From an uncultured Aquificales bacterium (GTDB lineage Bacteria; Thermosulfidibacterota; Thermosulfidibacteria; Thermosulfidibacterales; Thermosulfidibacteraceae), in the NCBI GenBank assembly GCA_964453345.1, contig CAYVOC010000007.1, positions 1-37,515 of the forward strand: a stretch of 37,515 nt of DNA, given 5' to 3'. A program made the translations under genes and the position numbers. Below, piece by piece: positions 20,486-29,821 of the stretch (position 1 is the stretch's first letter; each line of letters opens with the position of its first letter). Below the pieces are notes generated by a model that saw only the letters and a program-made list of their open reading frames with translations, made no database searches and was not told the DNA's origin.

Positions 20486-21618
20486 AGATAAAAAAATTTC
20501 GGGGAAAGAGCCTTCCGGAGGTTATGCTGAAGATAAAGGAGACACTGGGGGAGGACGCCGTCATTTTATCCACCAGAAGGATAAACGGCGAGATAGAGGT
20601 GCTGGCGGCAAGCGATCTGAGCATAGACGAGGAGCCGAGAAAAAAAATAGACCTCATAGAGACTGTTAAGGAAGCTCCCCCACCCCCTTCAACCAGGGAG
20701 CCTGAAGGCAACATAGAGAAGATACTGATTGAGCTTGAGGAGCTTAAAAAAATCACAGCCGCAAGCCTGGAAAAGGATAAACAGATAAGGGAACTCAAAA
20801 GGGAGCTTGAGGTTATAAAGGGCATCCTTGAGGGCGGCATCTTCGGCATGATCTCCATAGATCAGGAGGTCCTTCCCCTCTACAACAGGCTCAAGAGCAT
20901 GGAGATTGACGAGAAAATACTGTCCTTTGTGCTGAAAAAAATATCAGAAGAGGAGTTGCTCTCCCCATATGCGGTTTGCGAGGAGGTTCTCAGGGGCATA
21001 GTGAAGACCTCACGCTTTTCGCCTCTTCCGGGGGTTCCCGTGCTCTTCTGCGGTCCCACGGGTGTGGGAAAGACCACCACCCTCGCCAAGGTGGCCTCCA
21101 TAATGAAGTTCTACGAGAATAGGGAGGTGGCCATTATAAGCATAGACACCTTCAGGATAGGTGCCGCCGATCAACTCAAGATATACGCAGATATCCTCGA
21201 GATAGAGATGTTCACCGCCAACACCCCGAAGGAGTTTGAGCAGTTCGTCGCCCTTCTTTCGGACAGGATACTGCTTGTTGATACAGCCGGCAGATCCCCC
21301 AAGGATAGCCTCAGGAAGGAAGAGATGCAGGCCTTCATAGAGAACATAACCGAATACACCTTGCTTATAACCATCCCCTACGGTTCAAGAACAAAGGAGG
21401 CGATGAAGGTGATCGAGTCCTTCTCCACCAAAAGACCGGACGGTATTATCCTTACCAAGTTCGACGAGACCGAGATCTACGGTCTGCCCGTAAACCTGTG
21501 CTGGTATACGGGCATACCCATCGTATACATAACCACAGGGCAGAGGGTGCCTGAGGATATTGAGGAGGCCTCGGCGGACTTCATAGTGAAACACATCATC
21601 GAGGGAGCCACCGAATGA
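20482..21618 (+). CDS. flhF: SRP-family GTPase FlhF
   Basis: N-terminal B domain ([10 protein letters not shown]); motifs [26 protein letters not shown] and GQRVPEDI. Confidence 0.95.
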   Translation: MKIKKFRGKSLPEVMLKIKETLGEDAVILSTRRINGEIEVLAASDLSIDEEPRKKIDLIETVKEAPPPPSTREPEGNIEKILIELEELKKITAASLEKDKQIRELKRELEVIKGILEGGIFGMISIDQEVLPLYNRLKSMEIDEKILSFVLKKISEEELLSPYAVCEEVLRGIVKTSRFSPLPGVPVLFCGPTGVGKTTTLAKVASIMKFYENREVAIISIDTFRIGAADQLKIYADILEIEMFTANTPKEFEQFVALLSDRILLVDTAGRSPKDSLRKEEMQAFIENITEYTLLITIPYGSRTKEAMKVIESFSTKRPDGIILTKFDETEIYGLPVNLCWYTGIPIVYITTGQRVPEDIEEASADFIVKHIIEGATE

Positions 21619-22472
21619 GCCAGGCAAGCTTCCTTAGGGAGATAAGCAGGGCAAGATCCCCTGTGGTCACGATAGCCGTTTCCAGCGGCAAGGGAGGAGT
21701 CGGGAAAACGAGCCTTTCCATAGCCATATCAAAGTTTCTGTCGGATCTGGGAGAGCCCGTGTGCCTCATAGATGCGGATCTTGGGCTTGCAAATGTGGAT
21801 ATAATGCTGGGGCTGTCCCCGAAGCTGAACCTCTATCATGTGGCGAAGGGTGAGGCAAAGATTGAAGATGTCCTTGTTCAGATCAACCCCAGCTTCTACG
21901 TCCTTCCCGGAGGATCGGGCATAAGGGAACTTTTAAGAATGACCAAGGAAATGAGGGAGAGAATCGCCCTTGAGATACTCAAGTTAAACGGCAGATTCAA
22001 ATACATCATAGCAGACACGGCGGCGGGAATATCGGACGACGTTCTTCTCTTCTGCGTATCCTGTCAGCACAACCTCTTCGTCATGACCCCGGAACCCACC
22101 TCCCTCACTGACGCATACGCCCTCCTGAAGATCCTGAACAGAGACTACGCAAAGAGGGAGTTCAAGATAATACTCAACATGGTTGAAAAACCGGAGGACA
22201 GTCTCGCATTCAAATACATGGAGACGGTGGCGGGAAGGTTCTTAGAAAACGCCAGACTCATAAAGATCGGAGAGGTTCCGAGATCCCAGGCCTTTACCAA
22301 TATGGTGAGGGAGCAGAACCCGGATGCGCTAAATCCCTTGAGGAGCACCTTTGCTCCCATAATAGACAAGATCCGCAACGGAGAGATCTTCAGAGCGGAC
22401 GAAAGCGCCCTATCAAGGCTTGCAATAGGGATACTGAGGTTTAAGGGTGTCTCAACAAAACCGGCGTATTGA
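21615..22472 (+). CDS. flhG: MinD/ParA-family ATPase FlhG (FleN)
   Basis: Motifs [17 protein letters not shown] and [11 protein letters not shown]; directly follows flhF. Confidence 0.93.
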   Translation: MSQASFLREISRARSPVVTIAVSSGKGGVGKTSLSIAISKFLSDLGEPVCLIDADLGLANVDIMLGLSPKLNLYHVAKGEAKIEDVLVQINPSFYVLPGGSGIRELLRMTKEMRERIALEILKLNGRFKYIIADTAAGISDDVLLFCVSCQHNLFVMTPEPTSLTDAYALLKILNRDYAKREFKIILNMVEKPEDSLAFKYMETVAGRFLENARLIKIGEVPRSQAFTNMVREQNPDALNPLRSTFAPIIDKIRNGEIFRADESALSRLAIGILRFKGVSTKPAY

Positions 22473-22788
22473 TCCGGAGATCATTGCAGAAAGGATACTG
22501 ACCGATAAAGAGGCAAGGGCCTTTGCCATTAGAATAGGCTTTTTAGCTTTTCTATTTGGTTTTCTTGCAGCATTCTTAAGTCTGTATTTCTCAGATATTG
22601 ATCCCTGGAGCGTCTTTGGAAAGTCCATAACAACCGCCTTTTTTGCGTTTTTTGTGGGCTTTTACGGAACCCTCTTTTCTGTTATTATCAGAAAGGGAGA
22701 GGATGACGGAGAGGGAGAGGCTGATAGAGGAACATCTTCCCCTTGTGGCGAAGATAGCGCTGAAACTGAAACAGAGACTGCCCAGTAG
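22447..22788 (+). CDS. Small two-TM membrane protein, positional FlgV-like candidate
   Basis: It fills the flhG-fliA gap and has two Phe-rich hydrophobic segments and an acidic tail. The GTG start has GAGG upstream. It overlaps flhG by 26 nt and fliA by 86 nt. Confidence 0.65.
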   Translation: MSQQNRRIDPEIIAERILTDKEARAFAIRIGFLAFLFGFLAAFLSLYFSDIDPWSVFGKSITTAFFAFFVGFYGTLFSVIIRKGEDDGEGEADRGTSSPCGEDSAETETETAQ

Positions 22789-23416
22789 TGTGGATATAGA
22801 GGACCTTATGGGATACGGCTACGTGGGGCTTATGGATGCCGTGTCCCGCTATGACCCATCCAAGAGGGAGAGCTTTTCAAGGTTCGCCGAGATAAAGATA
22901 AGGGGCGCCATGCTGGATTATCTGAGATCCTTAGACATGCTCTCCCGGGACAAAAGAAGAAAGGTGAAGGATCTGGACAGGGTCTGGCAGGAGCTTTCCG
23001 CGGAACTGGGCAGAGACCCCACCATAGAAGAGATCAGCGAAAGGCTCGAGATGGACGAAGACTCGGTGCTTGAGATCATGCACCACAGCTCCAACTCCCG
23101 CACCATGAGCATAACGGAACCCATAATAGAGGGGGAAGACGATTACACTCTGCTCTCCGTTCTTGAGGACGAAAGGGATCCGCCGAGCTTCCTCGAGGAG
23201 AAGGAGCTGTTTAGGGAACTGGTTAAAGCGATAGATTCCCTGCCCGAAAGGGAAAAGCTCGTGTTATCCCTCTACTACGAGCAGGGACTGACCTTCAAGG
23301 AGATCGGAAGGATCCTGAATGTAAGCGAAGCCAGGGTTTGCCAAATACACTGGAAGGCTATAAAAAGAATCAAGAAATATCTAAAAGAAAGGGGGTATGA
23401 GGTAAAAGATGATTAG
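22703..23416 (+). CDS. fliA: Flagellar sigma factor FliA/WhiG (sigma28)
   Basis: Motifs EDLMGYGYVGLMDAV, IRGAMLDYLR, LPEREKLVLSLYY and VSEARVCQIH. ATG 22703 follows a purine-rich SD (GGGAGAGG). Confidence 0.95.
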   Translation: MTERERLIEEHLPLVAKIALKLKQRLPSSVDIEDLMGYGYVGLMDAVSRYDPSKRESFSRFAEIKIRGAMLDYLRSLDMLSRDKRRKVKDLDRVWQELSAELGRDPTIEEISERLEMDEDSVLEIMHHSSNSRTMSITEPIIEGEDDYTLLSVLEDERDPPSFLEEKELFRELVKAIDSLPEREKLVLSLYYEQGLTFKEIGRILNVSEARVCQIHWKAIKRIKKYLKERGYEVKDD

Positions 23417-24494
23417 GGTTCTCGTGGTTGACGACTCACCTTTCTTCAGAAGGGCCATAGCAAGGATCCTTGAAAAGGATCCCGAGATCAAGGTCATAGG
23501 CTTTGCCAAGGACGGGGAGGAAGCGGTCCAGAAGGTCCTCGAACTCTCCCCGGATGTGGTCACCCTTGACATTGAAATGCCCAAAAAGAACGGGCTTGAG
23601 GCCCTGAAAGAGATAATGGAAAAGAAGCCCACTCCCGTTATAATGGTCAGCGCCCTCACCAAGGAGGGGGCGGAGGCCACTATAAAGGCCCTTGAACTCG
23701 GAGCGCTGGACTTCATACCCAAGGGGATAGAGAAAGGGCTGCTGCAGTTCTACAACCTTGAAGAGGAGCTTATAAGAAAGGTCAAACAGGCCAAGGGAAG
23801 CATCTCCTCTCTAAAGAGGGCCCACAGGTTCTTCAGAATAAGACCCCACACCACAGCTGCAACCAAGCACGAGGCACCAGCCGCAGCTGCACCCGCATAC
23901 AAGGGCACGGTGACCTCCAAAAGGGATGCGGAGATTGTGGCCATAGGCTCATCCACCGGCGGTCCTCCTGCCCTTCAGACCGTCATTTCGCACTTGAGCA
24001 AAAGCTTTAAACTTCCCATTGTCATAGCCCAGCACATGCCGCCGCTGTTCACCGGAATGCTTGCGGAAAAGCTCAACACCCTCACCCACCTGACGGTCAA
24101 GGAGGCGGAAGACAGGGAACCTGTCCGCGAGGGATACGTTTACGTGGCCCCCGGCGGCAAGGTGATGGAGGTGGAAAGCGAGGGTGCAAGAAGAATAATA
24201 AGGGTCAAGGACGCTCCCCCAGGCGTCATATACAAGCCCAATGTGGATCTATTATACAGTTCCGTTGCCAGAGCCTACGGCGGAAGAACAATCGGCGTGA
24301 TACTCACGGGCATGGGCAAGGATGGATGCGAAGGAGCCAAAGACATAAAGCAGAAGGGCGGGGTTATGATCGCCGAGCACAAGGACTCCTGTGTGGTCTA
24401 CGGAATGCCCAGGTGCGTGGTTGAGTGCGGTCTGGCGGACTACGTCGCCCCTGTGAACGAAATACCCGATATACTGAATAAACTTTTGACCTAA
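23409..24494 (+). CDS. cheB: Chemotaxis methylesterase CheB (REC + methylesterase)
   Basis: Receiver with VVDDS and LDIEMP; catalytic GSSTGGP, QHMP and LTGMGKDG. Confidence 0.95.
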   Translation: MIRVLVVDDSPFFRRAIARILEKDPEIKVIGFAKDGEEAVQKVLELSPDVVTLDIEMPKKNGLEALKEIMEKKPTPVIMVSALTKEGAEATIKALELGALDFIPKGIEKGLLQFYNLEEELIRKVKQAKGSISSLKRAHRFFRIRPHTTAATKHEAPAAAAPAYKGTVTSKRDAEIVAIGSSTGGPPALQTVISHLSKSFKLPIVIAQHMPPLFTGMLAEKLNTLTHLTVKEAEDREPVREGYVYVAPGGKVMEVESEGARRIIRVKDAPPGVIYKPNVDLLYSSVARAYGGRTIGVILTGMGKDGCEGAKDIKQKGGVMIAEHKDSCVVYGMPRCVVECGLADYVAPVNEIPDILNKLLT

Positions 24495-24509
24495 AGGGGG
24501 TGATGCCCC

Positions 24510-25487
24510 GTGGCTGAGATCCTGACGCAGGAAGAGGTGGACGCCCTTCTTGCAGCCATGCAGGAGGGCGGGGATCTGGATCTGGACACCCTGCCGGACA
24601 AATTCTCGCCCCAGAAGACCGCCGTTCCCTACAACTTCAAGAGACCCGACAGGATCTCCAAGGATCAGATGCGATTTTTGCAGTTCATGCACGACAGATT
24701 CGCCAGAAACTTCTCCTCTGTCCTTTCCACATACCTGAGAAGCATAGTGGAGGTGGAGCTGACCTCCATTGAACAGATCACCTACTCCGAATTCCTCATG
24801 GCCCTGCCCGATCCCACCTTCTTCTGCGTGCTCGGCGTCTATCCCTTGGAGGCGAAGTTCGCCCTTGAAATAAACCCCACCCTCGTCTTCCCCATAATAG
24901 ACAGGCTCCTCGGGGGACCCGGAGAGCCGGTTGAAGAGATAAGGCCCTTCACCGATCTCGAAATGGATCTGATGGACGGGGTGATAAACAGGGCGCTGGA
25001 GGAGCTGGAGAAGGTCTGGGAGGACGTGATAGAAGACGTGGAGTTTGTTGCCGAGGTTAAGGAGTCAAGCCCCCATCTTATCCAGATAGTCGCTCCCAAT
25101 GAGGTTGTGGTCCTCATCTCCTTTGAGGTGCGCATAGGAGAGGTCAAGGGCATAATGAACCTGTGCATCCCGGCAATCGCCCTCGAACCCATAAGCAACA
25201 AGCTCGGCATAGAGATGTTCACCGGCACAAGGGAGATCTCAGAAAGGGACAGGGAGCTTGTCAGGCTCCACGTTCTGAATGCGGTTGTCAAGGTGGAAGG
25301 GATCTTGGGCTTCACCACCCTTACCATTGAGGATGTGCTGGATCTTGAGGAGGGCGATATAATAAAGCTGGACACCTTTGTTGAAAGCCTTCTGCCGGTT
25401 CTCGTTGAGGATGTGGTGAAGTTCTTTGGCAGGGTTGGAGAGCATAGAGGCCGCAAGGCGGTGAAGATAGAAAAACTCAAGGAGTAA
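24510..25487 (+). CDS. fliM: Flagellar motor switch protein FliM
   Basis: CheY-binding ILTQEEVDALL; motifs YNFKRPDRISKDQ and IDRLLGGPG; C-terminal SpoA domain. Confidence 0.96.
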   Translation: MAEILTQEEVDALLAAMQEGGDLDLDTLPDKFSPQKTAVPYNFKRPDRISKDQMRFLQFMHDRFARNFSSVLSTYLRSIVEVELTSIEQITYSEFLMALPDPTFFCVLGVYPLEAKFALEINPTLVFPIIDRLLGGPGEPVEEIRPFTDLEMDLMDGVINRALEELEKVWEDVIEDVEFVAEVKESSPHLIQIVAPNEVVVLISFEVRIGEVKGIMNLCIPAIALEPISNKLGIEMFTGTREISERDRELVRLHVLNAVVKVEGILGFTTLTIEDVLDLEEGDIIKLDTFVESLLPVLVEDVVKFFGRVGEHRGRKAVKIEKLKE

Positions 25488-25489
25488 AG

Positions 25490-26347
25490 ATGGGTAAAAT
25501 TCCCGAGGTATTAAAAGAGGCCCTTCCCTATCTTGAAGAGGTGATCACCGGACTCCTTATGGTAAAGGGTGAAATCTCCATCCCTGAGGAGGAGACCAAG
25601 GATCTGGTTGACCTGCCCATAGATGAGGGACTGCTTGTATGGGTGAATGCGGAGGATGACGAAACCGCAAAGGCGGCCACCTACTGGGACAAAAGGGATG
25701 TGGCCTCCATAGGCGGAAAGATCATCGGAGCGGAGGAAGAGGAGCTAACAGACGAGGCCAAGGACGCCTTCAGCGAGTTTATGAATCAGTTCTGGGGAAG
25801 GCTGAGGCTTGAGCTTACCAAACACGAGGAGAGCTTCAACTTCACCCAGCCGGAGATGGAGGAGATAACCAAGGAAGACCTCATCATGAAGGAATACTCC
25901 TGCTTCTTCCCAGTGAACATGAAGATAGAGGAGAGCGAGCACACCTTCTACTTCCTCCTCAGCGATCCCCTGATAGAGCGGCTTGAAAAGATGGGAGAGG
26001 CCCCCGCAGAAGACGAGTCCCCCAACCCACTGGATCTGCTCGCCCAACCGGAGGAGCCCAAGGAAGCCATGGTCAAGGTCAGCAGCGAAAAGCTCGATCT
26101 CATTCTCGATATAGAGCTGCCCGTTGCGGTGAGCCTTGGCAAGTGCAAGATGCGCATAAAGGACGTGCTGAAGCTCGGACCGGGATCCCTCATAGAGCTT
26201 GACAGGTCCGCCGACGACTACGTGGATCTTGTGGTGAATGGAAAGGTGATAGCCAGAGGAGAGGTGGTTGTGGTGGAATCCAACTTCGCCCTGCGCATAA
26301 AAGAGATAGTGAGCAGGGCCGAGAGGATAAAGGGCCTCAGAAAATAA
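25490..26347 (+). CDS. fliY: FliY-like switch protein (degenerate CheC-like N-terminus + FliN domain)
   Basis: One E-x-x-N motif (FSEFMNQ); C-terminal LDLILDIELPVAVSLG...GEVVVVESNFALRI; follows fliM. Confidence 0.75.
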   Translation: MGKIPEVLKEALPYLEEVITGLLMVKGEISIPEEETKDLVDLPIDEGLLVWVNAEDDETAKAATYWDKRDVASIGGKIIGAEEEELTDEAKDAFSEFMNQFWGRLRLELTKHEESFNFTQPEMEEITKEDLIMKEYSCFFPVNMKIEESEHTFYFLLSDPLIERLEKMGEAPAEDESPNPLDLLAQPEEPKEAMVKVSSEKLDLILDIELPVAVSLGKCKMRIKDVLKLGPGSLIELDRSADDYVDLVVNGKVIARGEVVVVESNFALRIKEIVSRAERIKGLRK

Positions 26348-26430
26348 TCGGGAGCAATTTGTTCGAACCGAAAAACTTTTCTTGAAAACTAAACAACCTT
26401 GTGATACCTATCCCAAGGCTGGAGGTGAGC

Positions 26431-27015
26431 TTGAGAAAGAAAAGAAATTCACAAGCGGCCCTCGAAGAGCTTAATCTGGGAGGAAAGATAAGAGAGCTGC
26501 GGATGAAGAGGGGCTACACCCTCAAGGATGTCTCAAGATTGACCGGTTTTTCAACCGCTCTTCTATCGCAGATCGAAAACAATGTGGTCTCTCCCCCCAT
26601 CTCAACCCTGTGGAAGATAGCGGAAGCTCTGGGCGTTAAAATAGGCTACTTCTTTCAGGAGACGCCCGAGGAAAACGTTGATTACACCCTCGTCAGAAAG
26701 GGAAAGGGCAAGCCCACCGCCAGAAGGGAGACCTATCCGAATTTGAGCTTCTACTCCCTCGCCTTCGGGAAGCTGAACAGAAAGATGGATCCCTTTCTTG
26801 TGGTCTTTGACAAAGATGAAAAGTGCTCTCAGAGGGTCTCCCACGAAGGCGAGGAATTCATCTATGTGCTTGAGGGCAAACTGAAAATCATACTTGGCAA
26901 TCAGGAGATAGAGCTGGAGGAGGGGGACTCCATCTACTACGACTCCAGGGTTTCCCACTGCATCGAAGGCAAAAAGGGCACCAAGTTTCTGGCAGTTATC
27001 CTAAAGGTTGATTAA
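26431..27015 (+). CDS. XRE-family HTH + cupin transcriptional regulator
   Basis: HTH LGGKIRELR...LLSQIENNVVSPPISTLWKIA; cupin HEGEEFIYVLEG and GDSIYYDSRVSH. TTG 26431 follows GGAGGTG (the ORF track starts at 26401). Confidence 0.9.
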   Translation: MRKKRNSQAALEELNLGGKIRELRMKRGYTLKDVSRLTGFSTALLSQIENNVVSPPISTLWKIAEALGVKIGYFFQETPEENVDYTLVRKGKGKPTARRETYPNLSFYSLAFGKLNRKMDPFLVVFDKDEKCSQRVSHEGEEFIYVLEGKLKIILGNQEIELEEGDSIYYDSRVSHCIEGKKGTKFLAVILKVD

Positions 27016-27029
27016 AAAGTGGAGGTGAA

Positions 27030-28211
27030 GTGATGAGGGAAGTTTACATTCTTTCGGCCGTGAGAACGGCCATCGGCAACTTTCTTGGAAGCCTGAGCAA
27101 CATACCCGCTCCAAAGCTGGGAGCAGTCGTTATCAAAGAGGCGGTTAAGAGGGCCGGGATCAAGCCCGAAGACGTGGATGAGGTGATCATGGGGCAGGTT
27201 GTCCAGGCAGGTGTGGGACAGGCACCTGCAAGGCAGGCCATGAGATATGCAGGATTGCCCGACAACATAAACGCCTTCACCGTGAACAAGGTGTGCGGTT
27301 CGGGTCTCAAGGCGGTCATGCTGGGAGCCACCGCCATAAAGGCAAGCGAGGCGGACGTGATTGTGGCAGGCGGGATGGAGAACATGAGCCTGTGTCCCTA
27401 TGCACTCTTCAAGGCCAGAACCGGCTACAGGCTCTTCAACGGCGAGCTTGTGGACCTCATGGTTCACGACGGTCTGTGGGATCCCTACAACAACTTCCAC
27501 ATGGGCATGACCGGCGAGCTGATTGCCGAAAAATACAACGTCTCAAGGGAGGATATGGACAGGTTCGCCCTTGAGTCCAACAACAGGGCCCTCAAGGCCA
27601 TAAGGGAGGGGCTGTTCAAGGAGGAGATAGTCCCCGTGGAGATACCCCAGAAGAAGGGCGATCCCATCATCTTCGACACCGATGAGGGACCCAAGGAGAC
27701 CTCCCTTGAAAAGCTGGCGAAGCTTCCACCCGTCTTCAAGAAGGACGGCAAGGTCACAGCGGGCAACGCCTCCAAGATAAGCGACGGGGCATCCGCCGTT
27801 GTTATCGCCTCCAAGGAGAAGGTGGAGGCGGCAGGCCTCAAGCCCATAGCCAAGATAATCGCCTACACCTCTGTTCACATAGAACCCGAATGGGTCATGG
27901 AGGCGCCCATCCCCTGCGTGAAAAAGCTCCTTGATATGACGGGCTTCACCATTGACGATATGGACCTTATCGAGCACAATGAAGCCTTCGCCGCGGCCTC
28001 CGTTGCGGTTATGAGGGCGCTGAACATCCCCCACGAGAAGTTCAACGTGAACGGCGGAGCTGTAGCCCTCGGACATCCCATAGGAGCAAGCGGTGCAAGG
28101 GTCCTCACCACCCTGATCTATGCTTTGAAGAACAGGGGCCTCAAGAGGGGCCTGTGCACCCTGTGCCTCGGCGGTGGTGGCGCCGTGGCCATGATCGTTG
28201 AGCTTGTATAA
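27030..28211 (+). CDS. Acetyl-CoA C-acetyltransferase (thiolase)
   Basis: Motifs NKVCGSG (catalytic Cys), [12 protein letters not shown] and CLGGG. Confidence 0.96.
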   Translation: MMREVYILSAVRTAIGNFLGSLSNIPAPKLGAVVIKEAVKRAGIKPEDVDEVIMGQVVQAGVGQAPARQAMRYAGLPDNINAFTVNKVCGSGLKAVMLGATAIKASEADVIVAGGMENMSLCPYALFKARTGYRLFNGELVDLMVHDGLWDPYNNFHMGMTGELIAEKYNVSREDMDRFALESNNRALKAIREGLFKEEIVPVEIPQKKGDPIIFDTDEGPKETSLEKLAKLPPVFKKDGKVTAGNASKISDGASAVVIASKEKVEAAGLKPIAKIIAYTSVHIEPEWVMEAPIPCVKKLLDMTGFTIDDMDLIEHNEAFAAASVAVMRALNIPHEKFNVNGGAVALGHPIGASGARVLTTLIYALKNRGLKRGLCTLCLGGGGAVAMIVELV

Positions 28212-28227
28212 AAACAGGAGGTTAGCC

Positions 28228-29097
28228 ATGAAACTGGAAGATATTAAAAAGATAGGAGTTTGCGGTGCCGGCACCATGGGCCATGGAATAGCCCAGGTCT
28301 GCGCCCAGGCAGGGTATGAGGTGATCGTAAGAGAAATCAACGAGGAGGCCCTCAACAGAGGCCTCGGCATGATCGAGAAGAACCTCTCAAGGGCCGTTTC
28401 CAAGGGCAAAATCACCGAGGACGAAAAGAAGGCCATAATGTCAAGGATAAAGGGAACCACCAACCTTGAGGACTTTGCAGATGTGGACTTCTTCATTGAG
28501 GCAGTGGTTGAGCTTGAGGACGTCAAGAAAGAGGTCTTCGAAACCGTGGACAGAATCACAAGGCCGGAGGTGATCCTCGCCAGCAACACCTCCTCCATAT
28601 CCATAACCAAGATAGCCTCCTGGGTGAAGAGATCCAACAAGGTCATCGGCATGCACTTCATGAACCCTGTCCCCGTAATGAAGCTTATAGAGGTGATCAA
28701 GGGCCTTCAGACCGATCAGGAGACCACCGACTTGACTGTTGAGCTGTCCAAAAAACTCGGCAAGGTGCCCGTGGTCATAAACGACTCCCCCGGTTTTGTC
28801 TCCAACAGGGTTCTCATGCCCATGATAAACGAGGCGATCTTTGCCCTGTATGAGGGGGTGGGTTCCCCCGAGGATATAGACACCATAATGAAACTGGGGA
28901 TGAACCACCCCATGGGTCCCCTTGCTTTGGCTGATCTCATCGGCCTTGATACGTGCCTGTATATCCTCAATGTGATGTATGAGGCCTTCGGAGATCCCAA
29001 ATACAGGCCCTGCCCGCTGCTGGTTAAGATGGTGGATGCCGGATACTTGGGAAGAAAGACCGGAAAGGGCTTCTATGACTACACAGAGAAAAAGTAA
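28228..29097 (+). CDS. hbd: 3-hydroxybutyryl-CoA/3-hydroxyacyl-CoA dehydrogenase
   Basis: Motifs [33 protein letters not shown] and [12 protein letters not shown] 28228 follows AGGAGG. Confidence 0.93.
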   Translation: MKLEDIKKIGVCGAGTMGHGIAQVCAQAGYEVIVREINEEALNRGLGMIEKNLSRAVSKGKITEDEKKAIMSRIKGTTNLEDFADVDFFIEAVVELEDVKKEVFETVDRITRPEVILASNTSSISITKIASWVKRSNKVIGMHFMNPVPVMKLIEVIKGLQTDQETTDLTVELSKKLGKVPVVINDSPGFVSNRVLMPMINEAIFALYEGVGSPEDIDTIMKLGMNHPMGPLALADLIGLDTCLYILNVMYEAFGDPKYRPCPLLVKMVDAGYLGRKTGKGFYDYTEKK

Positions 29098-29821
29098 AAT
29101 AAAACCAGAGGCTCTGGGGGAGGGAGCCGTATCCCTCCCCCTCACGGATCTCGGCCTTGAAGAGGCCATTGATGCGGTATCGGAGGCGCTTTCGGAAATT
29201 GACTGTAAAAGTGTAAGGGTCGTTGTCTTTGAGGTCGACAACCTCTCCTGGTCCGTCGAAACCCCCTCCCCTACCCTTCTCAAAAGGGGACTTGATCTGC
29301 ACAATCTAATGACAGATCTGCCGCTGATAACCGTCTCCGCCGTTGGCGGAACCTGCCTGAACTGCGCTGTTGAGTTTGTTCTTCTGTGCGATCTCTGCTT
29401 CGCCACAAGGGACGCCTGTTTCTGCATTGATGAGGGATTCGTGCCGGTGTTCGGCGGCATACAGAGGGCGGTGAGAACCATGGGGCTGTCTCTGGCCAAA
29501 AAGCTCTTCCTCATGGGAAAGCTGACCGCCACAGAGGCTGCCTTCAGCATGGTGAACAGGGTTTTTGACAGCCGGGATGCAATGCAAAATTTTATTAAAG
29601 ATGAGCTTGTTCCCTCTGCCCTTTCCCTTTCGCAGACGGCCCAGTCCATGACCAAGCGCATAATAGAGGCGAGCTGGGACATGTCTCTGGAAGCGGGGCT
29701 CGCCTTAGAAAGGGAGATGTTCAGCTACGCCTTCACCACACCTGACAAGGCAGAAGGCATAAAAGCCTTCTTTGAAAAAAGAAAACCAAACTTTAAAAGG
29801 AGGGAGTGCCATGAACTTTGA
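29075..29821 (+). CDS. Divergent enoyl-CoA hydratase/crotonase-fold protein (possibly non-catalytic or decaying)
   Basis: Crotonase-like C-terminal half ([45 protein letters not shown]), but the N-terminal and oxyanion-hole motifs are absent. The start is uncertain; ATG 29075 chosen. Confidence 0.7.
   Translation: MTTQRKSKIKPEALGEGAVSLPLTDLGLEEAIDAVSEALSEIDCKSVRVVVFEVDNLSWSVETPSPTLLKRGLDLHNLMTDLPLITVSAVGGTCLNCAVEFVLLCDLCFATRDACFCIDEGFVPVFGGIQRAVRTMGLSLAKKLFLMGKLTATEAAFSMVNRVFDSRDAMQNFIKDELVPSALSLSQTAQSMTKRIIEASWDMSLEAGLALEREMFSYAFTTPDKAEGIKAFFEKRKPNFKRRECHEL
29116..29141 (+). repeat. Perfect 10-bp hairpin after hbd
   Basis: GGGGGAGGGA-GCCGTA-TCCCTCCCCC begins 18 nt after the hbd stop; no U-tract follows. 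Confidence 0.8.

Noticed and set aside
20640..20647. A8 tract in flhF (and T6-T7 tracts in fliO and the FlgV-like gene) as phase-variation sites
   Set aside because: The runs are short, in frame and explained by Lys/Phe codons.
22643..22702. N-terminal extension of fliA
   Set aside because: ATG 22703 has the SD and gives a normal length; the extension belongs to the upstream membrane ORF in another frame.
26348..26430. Terminator after fliY or promoter for the XRE regulator
   Set aside because: Only a weak stem and a TTGAAA without a convincing -10 at proper spacing.
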